DNA of 11,336 nucleotides from a virus (Duplodnaviria > Heunggongvirae > Uroviricota > Caudoviricetes), in IMG/VR virus record IMGVR_UViG_3300006899_000574, one strand, 5' to 3'. The translations under genes and the position numbers were made by a program. This document shows positions 1 to 6,720 of the stretch, piece after piece. Within the stretch, counting starts at the first letter, position 1, and each line of letters opens with the position of its first letter. The notes below the pieces were generated by a model that saw only the letters and a list, made by a program, of their open reading frames with translations, did not search any database and was not told the origin of the DNA.

Positions 1-906
1 TTCACGTCGGATATCATAGTTGATCAGGGCACGCATCACAAGCGCGTGGTCTGGGGCCAGCGCAAAGATGCACGCGGAAGAGATGACGGCACACTGGACC
101 CGAACTTCATTCTGTATCGCATCTACGAGCACGTCATGGATCGTGGTGAGTGGGATGAAACCATCGAGCACACGACGAAATCCGGGAACAAAGGTTTTTG
201 GACACTCCCCTGGAAACACACAGAAAGTTATCGCTGGATCAAAGATACGGCCAACGGCGCGGGCTTCACGAAGCCGTTCATGCCGTCACAGAACGGGCAG
301 TATGTGATGAATGTCATCAGTCGCGAAGACGACTGGTGCGCGACAAACAAGCACTCGAAACTTCTGGGAACTCGTTTCGAATCCTACGTCAAAGATGGCG
401 AAGAACGTATCACCACCAAGGCCGGGATCTCTGCGACTCTCTACAACGAAATTTGTGCCGCGACATATGAACATCACCTGCACTGGTGCATGGATCTCTG
501 CATTGAGAAGGACATGCGCAAGGAGAAGGCCACCGATCAGTATCCCAAGCCTTTCTACAAAGTTCGGAAACCTACCGATCTTGAAATCCCGGATGAAGTC
601 AGAGCGAAATTCCGTGGCGATCTGCGGATTGAAAACAATCGTATTGCGATGATGCCTCTTACAGAAGAAGAGGAGCAGTACGGGATGTTCGATCTCGATC
701 GCATCTTCCAGCCGAACTACATTTTCATTCTGGAAAATTTCGGCGCACGCATCGCAAGGGTTGATGAAGAGACCGGGAGCCAGTTCTTTCCTGAACTGGA
801 GACTCTGGCTCAGGCGCAACGCGACGGCCGCTCAACGACTCCTGCTCAGGCTCCAGAGAACACAGCAGTGCCTTCTTCCGCTGAAGAAGAAGACATTCCG
901 TTCTAG
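1..906 (+). CDS. Putative single-stranded DNA-binding protein (5'-partial)
   Basis: Frame 1 is open from base 1 (FTSDIIVDQGTHHKRVVW...), so the GTG at 46 is probably not the start. It ends in a Pro/Ala/Thr linker plus acidic tail ...SSAEEEDIPF, typical of SSB C-termini, and lies just upstream of the polymerase. The OB fold itself is not recognised. Confidence 0.65.
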   Translation, partial: FTSDIIVDQGTHHKRVVWGQRKDARGRDDGTLDPNFILYRIYEHVMDRGEWDETIEHTTKSGNKGFWTLPWKHTESYRWIKDTANGAGFTKPFMPSQNGQYVMNVISREDDWCATNKHSKLLGTRFESYVKDGEERITTKAGISATLYNEICAATYEHHLHWCMDLCIEKDMRKEKATDQYPKPFYKVRKPTDLEIPDEVRAKFRGDLRIENNRIAMMPLTEEEEQYGMFDLDRIFQPNYIFILENFGARIARVDEETGSQFFPELETLAQAQRDGRSTTPAQAPENTAVPSSAEEEDIPF

Positions 907-908
907 TC

Positions 909-1463
909 ATGAAGCCTGTTGATGATTTCGAACAATTCAGCGCCTCCTGCTTTCGTGGGAGGTGTCTGCGCAACACGATATATAATGCCAAGACCTGCTC
1001 GCGCGACGGCAAGCAACGGCAGTGCCACGGCAAGTATCTGGAAAAAATCCAGAAGACTGCCGAGAAACGTCAGGCGAATAAAGGTCGCCCAGGAAATCCA
1101 GACCCTGAGTATGATGCTCTGGTAGAGGCCTGCTGGAAGCGAGATGCGGGGTACGTGCCAGCCGAGAAGCACATGCCGAAATCCTGGAAGCGCTACTGCA
1201 AAATCTGGAAATGCCTGACACCGGAAGAACGTCAGGTGGCAGAGCGCCAGACGGGCTTTTACCTCAATGCGCATCTCGATGTATCACACATCAAGGGCAA
1301 GGGACCATTCCCGGAATTGAAATACGTTCTGGAAAACGTGATCCTCGCGGGGAGATTTTTCAGCAATCGTCTTGACACCTACACTGATCCCGTAGACGGT
1401 AGTTCAATCAGTGATGACGAACGACAAGCATGGTTTGAGCGCGCGCGAGACTTCTCGCCTTAA
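909..1463 (+). CDS. Putative HNH-like (beta-beta-alpha-metal) endonuclease
   Basis: WKRD...C..C segment, then LDVSH(127)IKGKGPFPELKYVLEN(143)VILAGRFFSN, resembling the H-I-x-PEL-x-N-x pattern of phage HNH/NinG-like nucleases. Cys-rich N-terminus. Confidence 0.5.
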   Translation: MKPVDDFEQFSASCFRGRCLRNTIYNAKTCSRDGKQRQCHGKYLEKIQKTAEKRQANKGRPGNPDPEYDALVEACWKRDAGYVPAEKHMPKSWKRYCKIWKCLTPEERQVAERQTGFYLNAHLDVSHIKGKGPFPELKYVLENVILAGRFFSNRLDTYTDPVDGSSISDDERQAWFERARDFSP

Positions 1464-1480
1464 CAGCTGGAGAGACTTCG

Positions 1481-4162
1481 ATGTTTGAAAACCTCGAAGT
1501 CAAGTCCAAGTGTGCGGGGTGCGCACTTCGTAAGAACAAGAAGTTTCCCTGCGTACATGAAGCGCAGTCTCCGTGGCTGATACGTCTGGAGCGATCCCGC
1601 GCGCTGATCGTCTTCGAACAGCCCCGCACGCAAAGAGGTCAGGCCTGGGTGAAAGCCGTTGTCCAGCATATTGAACGCGGCATAGGAGTCCAGGCTGACG
1701 CCATTGTTGGTCTGGAGTGCGAGACGCGGACTCCTTCTCTCGACGAAGAGAAGGAAAGGAAGACAAAAAAACAAGACCCGGTTGAGACCCTCCCAAATCC
1801 CTTCTATCGAATTTTTCAGGCCTGTGCCGTCATCACCCCGGATATCGTGGAGAACTATGATATCGTCATCACGCTGGGCAAGGCCATCATGGCGGTAACT
1901 CGCACAGACGATCTGCTGACCTGGGAAGATTTCGCCGAGACGAATTTCAATCAAACGTTCTTCTATATAGAAGGACTCACTGCCCGCAAGCGCGTGTACC
2001 CCCTGCCTTCGGATCTCGATTTCCTGTGGAAGGACAACTTTGAGAACAACACTTTTGTGCCGCGTCAGTTCACGAAGATCAAATCGTATCTGGACGGCGG
2101 CATGCAGGAGGCCGAGTTTCCGGAGTTCAGATACGAAATTGTAGCCGACCCCAACGCATTCTTACGTGAGTGGAAAGACAATAAGCTTGAGATCGGCATC
2201 GACATCGAAACCAATGGTCTCGACCCCTTCAGAGACGGCGCTATGATCAAGTGCCTCACTCTGGCGTTTGACACCACGACGGGATACTACCTGGAGTTCA
2301 GCGAGATCGATGTCGGTCTGCTATCTGAGTTTCTGTATGGCAGAAAGCAGGTATACGCCAACGGCGCATTTGACGTGCTGTGGCTTGCGTATTTCGGCGT
2401 AAGGAATCTCGAACTCAGTGATGACGTCGTGCGACTGTTCAAACTCCTCTACTCGGAGCGCAGGAAAAACAGTATCAAGAGCCTGGCGTGGTTGATTGGA
2501 GTCGGAGGCTACGACCGCGAGCTGGAGGAACTGAAAGATGAGTATGGAGACATCGACTACTCGCAGATAGATGAGTCGGTTCTGGCTCCGTATGCCTGCA
2601 TGGACCCGGTTGTCGCGTTGCGGCTGAATCTCCTCGGGCACGAGCTGTTGAAGGGCCAGCCCGTAATCCGGCGAGCGTATCAAACCATCCTCGGCGCGTC
2701 CCCTGCCTTCCGCGATATGGAAACCCGAGGAGTCCATCTCAATACCGACTATCTTTCCAAACTCAACGCCGACACACTTGCTCAGGAACAGCAGGTGGTA
2801 GCAGAGCTGGCATCTGAGCTACAGCTTGATGTTGCCGATGTCTCATCGAATGAAAAACTCGCTTACTCCCTGGAGCACGTCGTAAGGCTCCCCGCACTGG
2901 CTCGCGTAGTGAAGGGCTACTATCAGACGGGAGAATCAATCCTGCTTCGCTGGAGCAAACAGGGACACGGAATTGCCGACAAGCTCCTCAAATACCGCAA
3001 GTTGAGCAAACTGCGGCAGGCGTTCCTCGGAGACCCAAATGGAGCGAACACCAGCTATATCGATCTCATGGGCACCGAAGTCTCCACAGAATCTGATGCC
3101 GATATAGGACTCGTGAAGAGCATACGAAGCGATGGGCTCATCCATCCTCGATATATGGATGGCATGGCGAAGTCCGGCCGCATGAAGTGCTATGGCCCCA
3201 ACATCTCCCAGTTCCCGGCTCAGAATGAAGAAGGCCGGCTGTTCAAGCCAGTGCTGGGCCTTCCGGGTGATGACTGGTATTTCCTCAACATGGACTTCTC
3301 TGGAGTACAGTTGCGCATCATCGCCGTCAAGTCCATGGACCCTGCGATGATCAACGCCTTCGTGAAGCTGAGCGGCGATCTACACAGCGTAACCGCGCAA
3401 GCCGTGTTCTTCCCCAGGATGAGTCTCGAAGAGTTCATGAAGCTCAAATCGCAGGAACCATATAAAAGCTACAGGTTCAAAGCAAAGTCGATTAACTTCG
3501 GATTTTCCTTCGGCCTGGCGGAGACAACATTCGCCGTGCAGTTACAGGATGAATGGACTGAGGAGGATCTTCACACTTACATCGAGATCAACTCTCCAGA
3601 GATCATCAAGGACAACCTGTGGCTGAGTGCATCCGCAGACATACGTGGGAAGTTCTTCTCAAAATACGCGAAGCTCCTGCCATGGATTGAAAGCAACCGC
3701 ACACGAGGGATTCGAGCGGGTTACATTGACGACGTGCATACGGGCTACAGGCGCCACCTGCCTTTCCTTCAGGTGCCGTCAAAGAAAGGCAGACGCAAGC
3801 CATACGCTCCAGGGGACGATGAGAACACCTCGCGGTTCTTCAACCTCCTGAACGTCACCACCAACACGCAGGCGCAGAGCCATGAAGCACTGCATGTCTA
3901 CAAGGCGATGAAGCGTATTCATGAGGAACTCACGACTCGCAATCTCCGATCTCGAATGTTCGCCATGATCCACGACTACCTGGGATTCTATGTCCACAAA
4001 TCGGAGATCAAGCAGGTCTACGAGATCGCCGTGAATGCCGCAGAGGACCGCTCACTGGTGGTGCCTTTTGTAGTAGAGACATCCATCGGGAAAATCTGGG
4101 AGAGCGGAGACGAGGTCACCAGAGACAACATTGATGAAGTCGCAAGAAACCTTGCGGCATGA
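1481..4162 (+). CDS. polA: Family A DNA polymerase with 3'-5' exonuclease and N-terminal UDG-like domain
   Basis: ExoI IGID(241)IE(243)TNG, ExoII NGAFD, ExoIII YACMD; SGRM...PNISQFP; motif A D(605)FSGVQLR; motif B R(665)FKAK(669)SINF(673)GFSFG; NTQAQ; motif C IH(831)D(832)Y. GGAG SD upstream. No 5'-3' exonuclease domain. Confidence 0.95.
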   Translation: MFENLEVKSKCAGCALRKNKKFPCVHEAQSPWLIRLERSRALIVFEQPRTQRGQAWVKAVVQHIERGIGVQADAIVGLECETRTPSLDEEKERKTKKQDPVETLPNPFYRIFQACAVITPDIVENYDIVITLGKAIMAVTRTDDLLTWEDFAETNFNQTFFYIEGLTARKRVYPLPSDLDFLWKDNFENNTFVPRQFTKIKSYLDGGMQEAEFPEFRYEIVADPNAFLREWKDNKLEIGIDIETNGLDPFRDGAMIKCLTLAFDTTTGYYLEFSEIDVGLLSEFLYGRKQVYANGAFDVLWLAYFGVRNLELSDDVVRLFKLLYSERRKNSIKSLAWLIGVGGYDRELEELKDEYGDIDYSQIDESVLAPYACMDPVVALRLNLLGHELLKGQPVIRRAYQTILGASPAFRDMETRGVHLNTDYLSKLNADTLAQEQQVVAELASELQLDVADVSSNEKLAYSLEHVVRLPALARVVKGYYQTGESILLRWSKQGHGIADKLLKYRKLSKLRQAFLGDPNGANTSYIDLMGTEVSTESDADIGLVKSIRSDGLIHPRYMDGMAKSGRMKCYGPNISQFPAQNEEGRLFKPVLGLPGDDWYFLNMDFSGVQLRIIAVKSMDPAMINAFVKLSGDLHSVTAQAVFFPRMSLEEFMKLKSQEPYKSYRFKAKSINFGFSFGLAETTFAVQLQDEWTEEDLHTYIEINSPEIIKDNLWLSASADIRGKFFSKYAKLLPWIESNRTRGIRAGYIDDVHTGYRRHLPFLQVPSKKGRRKPYAPGDDENTSRFFNLLNVTTNTQAQSHEALHVYKAMKRIHEELTTRNLRSRMFAMIHDYLGFYVHKSEIKQVYEIAVNAAEDRSLVVPFVVETSIGKIWESGDEVTRDNIDEVARNLAA

Positions 4163-4171
4163 TCTCCGTGC

Positions 4172-4339
4172 ATGCTATTTGACCCCGTCGCAGTGGTATC
4201 CGAACTCCGGAAACACCCCGATTTGATGCTTAACGACGACCTGTATGTCTACAGCTACGATGTCGAAACCGACGTCCTTTACGCTAGGGGAATTGCAGGC
4301 GACTGTGAGCTTGAAATCCGGGTAAGAAAAAATAGTTGA
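4172..4339 (+). CDS. Small hypothetical protein (55 aa, MLFDPVAVVSELRKHPDLML...), not in the supplied ORF track
   Basis: ATG at 4172 to TGA at 4337-4339 fills the gap between polA and the promoter exactly. Plausible composition, no clear SD. Confidence 0.55.
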   Translation: MLFDPVAVVSELRKHPDLMLNDDLYVYSYDVETDVLYARGIAGDCELEIRVRKNS

Positions 4340-4364
4340 CCGACTCCCCACCGCCTGATATAGT
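4336..4364 (+). promoter_or_regulatory. Sigma70-type promoter with extended -10
   Basis: TTGACC (4336-4341), 17-nt spacer, TG at 4356-4357, TATAGT (4359-4364). Predicted start near A4371. Confidence 0.8.
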
Positions 4365-4365
4365 T

Positions 4366-4457
4366 GCTTCAGCTGGTAGAGCGCGAAAAATTCCTGTAGG
4401 AGACAGTTACGTCATTTTCCAATGACGAGGTCGCGGGTCCGAGTCCCGCCAAACGCC
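4366..4457 (+). ncRNA. tRNA-like RNA, candidate Y RNA-like element; not a canonical tRNA
   Basis: D-loop AGCTGGTA (4371-4378) then GAGC; anticodon-like hairpin 4410-4427; variable AGGTC; T-arm GCGGG-TCCGAGT-CCCGC (4433-4449). There is a 26-nt insertion after the D-arm, no pairable acceptor stem and no CCA. It sits directly upstream of a TROVE fragment. Confidence 0.7.
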
Positions 4458-4494
4458 CCTGCTATCATACATCTCATGGGAGGAGGTTTTCCGC

Positions 4495-4704
4495 ATGGCT
4501 TCAGTCAACAAGACAGTTATCGGAGAACCTGTGGTCACACACGGTGGCACACCGGGAGCACCGACATCCAACCTCAACCTCTTGCGCAGAAGCGTGCTTT
4601 CGTGTCTGCTGTGGGAAGACGAATTCTACGAATCCGGAGAGCAGATTGCGTCACGTATTGCTACCCTGGCACAAAAATGTGACTACGAAGAGAGCCAGGC
4701 ATGA
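4495..4704 (+). pseudogene. N-terminal fragment (69 aa) of a Ro60/TROVE-domain RNA-binding protein
   Basis: THGG...LRRSVLSCLLWEDEFYESGEQIASRIATLAQK matches the bacterial TROVE N-terminus as I recall it (THEG...LRRSVLACLLWE..FYEDG..IA.RI..L). It stops after 69 aa with no continuation in other frames. Perfect SD AGGAGGT at 4481-4487. Confidence 0.8.
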
Positions 4705-5318
4705 GCGCAGAAGCGTTAGTCAATTTGTCTCACGCCTATCTGGAGCCTCACCGGCATTACCACACATTGTCGCACATCGTGTGGATGCTGGAGCGCGCCA
4801 GGCACTGGGAATTTCCCCTGACTTCCGAGCTTCTGCACGCCATCTGGTATCACGACTGTGTGTATCGCGTCGGGGTGGAATCCGGAGTGAATGAGCGGCA
4901 GAGCGTGGATAAATTTACCGCAGATTTTCCACAGGCAGAATCCCGAGAAGTGGAGCTGGCGATTCTATCGACCATCCTGCATATCCCGCTGTCATCTCTG
5001 GCGCGGTTTTTGATTGATCTCGATCTCGCGATCCTGGCAGAAGAATTCAATATCGAAAATTCTGCGCTATGTGGGAACTCCCATAAGACGCCCAGCCCAG
5101 CGTACCCCTACGACGCTTACCTCGTTGGTATCCGTAAAGAATACAGTGCCTACAATGACCGTGCCTGGATGGCGGGAAGGACCAGATGGATTCGCGGCAT
5201 GTTGAAGCGCAAACGCATATTCCACACAGTAGACGGCTTTCGCGACTGCGAACTCAAGGCCAGAGAAAATCTCGAAATGGAGTTGCGCCTGTACGAACTA
5301 CAAGCGGTCAGTGCTTGA
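4701..5318 (+). CDS. HD-superfamily metal-dependent phosphohydrolase (COG4339-like)
   Basis: AYLEPHRHYHTLSH, AIWYHD, NERQS, DLDLAIL, IRKEY, GR, IFHT and ARENL motifs; ATGA overlap with the TROVE fragment. Confidence 0.85.
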   Translation: MSAEALVNLSHAYLEPHRHYHTLSHIVWMLERARHWEFPLTSELLHAIWYHDCVYRVGVESGVNERQSVDKFTADFPQAESREVELAILSTILHIPLSSLARFLIDLDLAILAEEFNIENSALCGNSHKTPSPAYPYDAYLVGIRKEYSAYNDRAWMAGRTRWIRGMLKRKRIFHTVDGFRDCELKARENLEMELRLYELQAVSA

Positions 5319-5550
5319 CCGTGAACGAGCAGATCGCGCAAAGTCTGCGGGCGCCCTAATGCCAGGCATGAAACGAACCAAAGCATCTCCCGCAAAGAAA
5401 CCCAGGAAATCTGCGAAGAAGAAGCTCCTCCCGCCATCTCCCGAGCCTGTGTTCCAGGAATGGCCTCTTGTTCCCGCAGAGCCGCTTTCCGACTGGGAGC
5501 GCTTCTGGCTTGCGGTGTCTGACTTCTGGGAGAAACTCCGCGACCGCTGA
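5311..5550 (+). CDS. Hypothetical basic Lys/Pro-rich protein with Trp-rich amphipathic C-terminus
   Basis: ORF fills the gap up to the convergent holin stop. Start is uncertain (GTG 5311, ATG 5359 or ATG 5368). Confidence 0.55.
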   Translation: MLDRERADRAKSAGALMPGMKRTKASPAKKPRKSAKKKLLPPSPEPVFQEWPLVPAEPLSDWERFWLAVSDFWEKLRDR

Positions 5551-5856
5551 CTACTTATCCCAGGGTGCTTCCTGGTTTTCCTCTGCACGGCTTGCGTGTC
5601 GTAGAGTGGTGTCAGCTTCTCGGTGCTCGGGAGCCGTGTATTCCGGACTTCCTGGCAGTGCGCGAGCCGCGCCGTAAGTAGCGAAGTTGATGCCAATGAG
5701 TGCCAGCAAAACATACATCTCGGTGTCGCTGAGCATGTGTTGTGGGTCCCCACTGACGACGTGATAAATCATCGAGCCGCCGAGAATCACAGCGGCCCCG
5801 ATGTTCACGACTTTCATGAAAGATTTTCTGAATCCTGTTTTATGCGGTTTGCTCAA
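5551..5856 (-). CDS. Putative holin (two predicted TM segments)
   Basis: Basic N-terminus, hydrophobic VVNIGAAVILGGSMIYHVV and MYVLLALIGINFATYGAA, charged C-tail. Directly downstream of, and overlapping by 17 nt, the lysin gene. Confidence 0.55.
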   Translation of the reverse strand: MSKPHKTGFRKSFMKVVNIGAAVILGGSMIYHVVSGDPQHMLSDTEMYVLLALIGINFATYGAARALPGSPEYTAPEHREADTTLRHASRAEENQEAPWDK

Positions 5857-6643
5857 AGCTGACTCCGAGAGCCGCTGAAAACTCTTGAGTCACGATGCCG
5901 TCCTTCACTCCGCATGCCTTCACTTTCAAGAAAGTCTGCGGTCCAAACACGCCATCGGCTTCGAGCTTCAGTGCTGTCTGTAGCTTAGTTACAGCCGCGC
6001 CACGACTTCCGATGCGCAGTGCCGGCCGGGCAACCAGGTCATCGAATTCCAGCCAGAGACCGGCGTAGATTGTGTCTTCAGGCTTTGCGGCAAACCAGGC
6101 TTCGAAAGCCGCCCAGTCTGCGGAGCTACCTTTTGCAGTAGCGGGGTAGCGACTCATGTTGCCGTTCAGAGTCGTACAGCCGGCGCTGAATGGCGCATAG
6201 CCATGAAAGTTGTTGCCCACGCGACCTTCTGCGCCGTACTGGATGTAGTCGTCGGCATTGCCGAGCACGGCGTCACGAGTGCGGTGGATCAGTGTGGTGC
6301 CCTGTTGCACGAGGCCCGTATACCCCAGGTGGTTGCCGCGCACCCACATCTGTGGCTGGTATTGAGACTCGACGTAGTTGCAGTTCGACTTGCCTTGAGC
6401 TTGCTCCTCCAGGTATTTTGTATGCGGGATACTCCTCCCCAGGCCGCAAACCTTTACGCCATTGGCATCACAGCCCACCACGACGTCCATGAGGTTGGCG
6501 CCGGTATTCAAAACACGCTGGAGGTTGCCCTGCGTATCAGGGCCTGTATGTCGGAACACAACGATAGCCGGGTATCTGAGATCCAGGCAGTTGTTGGCGG
6601 CAATTTTTTTGATGAGATCAAGATTGATGTCGGAAATTTTCAT
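5840..6643 (-). CDS. Putative endolysin: YkuD/L,D-transpeptidase-like catalytic domain plus C-terminal peptidoglycan-binding domain
   Basis: NFH(147)GYAPFSAGC(156) resembles the His...S-x-G-C catalytic motif; the C-terminal LRIGSRGAAVTKLQTALKLEADGVFGPQT is a PG_binding_1-type signature. Confidence 0.75.
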   Translation of the reverse strand: MKISDINLDLIKKIAANNCLDLRYPAIVVFRHTGPDTQGNLQRVLNTGANLMDVVVGCDANGVKVCGLGRSIPHTKYLEEQAQGKSNCNYVESQYQPQMWVRGNHLGYTGLVQQGTTLIHRTRDAVLGNADDYIQYGAEGRVGNNFHGYAPFSAGCTTLNGNMSRYPATAKGSSADWAAFEAWFAAKPEDTIYAGLWLEFDDLVARPALRIGSRGAAVTKLQTALKLEADGVFGPQTFLKVKACGVKDGIVTQEFSAALGVSFEQTA

Positions 6644-6646
6644 ACG

Positions 6647-6675
6647 ACGTTAGGACGGCAGGCGGCCCTCAGCAA
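6647..6675 (-). promoter_or_regulatory. Possible leftward promoter for the lysis genes
   Basis: On the minus strand: TTGCTG (6675-6670), 17 nt, TAACGT (6652-6647). The lysin ATG is only 3 nt further on, closer than usual, and has no SD. Confidence 0.3.
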
Positions 6676-6686
6676 TTGAAATCAGG

Positions 6687-6714
6687 TTGACTTTGTTACG
6701 GCCGTCTGTAGGAT
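6687..6714 (+). promoter_or_regulatory. Sigma70-type rightward promoter
   Basis: TTGACT (6687-6692), 16 nt, TAGGAT (6709-6714). The expected start coincides with ATG 6721. Confidence 0.65.
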
Positions 6715-6720
6715 GGCGAC

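Noticed and set aside
286-3997. Numerous minus-strand and alternate-frame ORFs over SSB, HNH and polA
   Set aside because: Antisense shadows of well-supported genes, with no motifs or SDs. The same applies to the shadow ORFs in 4850-6679 and 7611-11229.
1481-4162. Intein or group I intron in polA
   Set aside because: The ORF is continuous, motif spacing is normal, and no LAGLIDADG or C...HN splice motifs are seen.
4357-4460. Functional tRNA-Gly(UCC), or a +1 suppressor tRNA that could decode the GGG-T shift at 8294
   Set aside because: The acceptor stem cannot form, there is a 26-nt insertion, U55 is C and there is no CCA, so aminoacylation is implausible. The link to 8294 is coincidence-level.
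4422-4682. 86-aa ORF overlapping the tRNA-like element and TROVE fragment
   Set aside because: Shadow frame of a structured RNA and of a recognisable coding frame.
1481-5318. 2-aminoadenine (Z) genome system (DpoZ + DatZ)
   Set aside because: No PurZ or MazZ in the window, the HD protein looks like a different subfamily, and I cannot assign the polymerase to DpoZ by eye.
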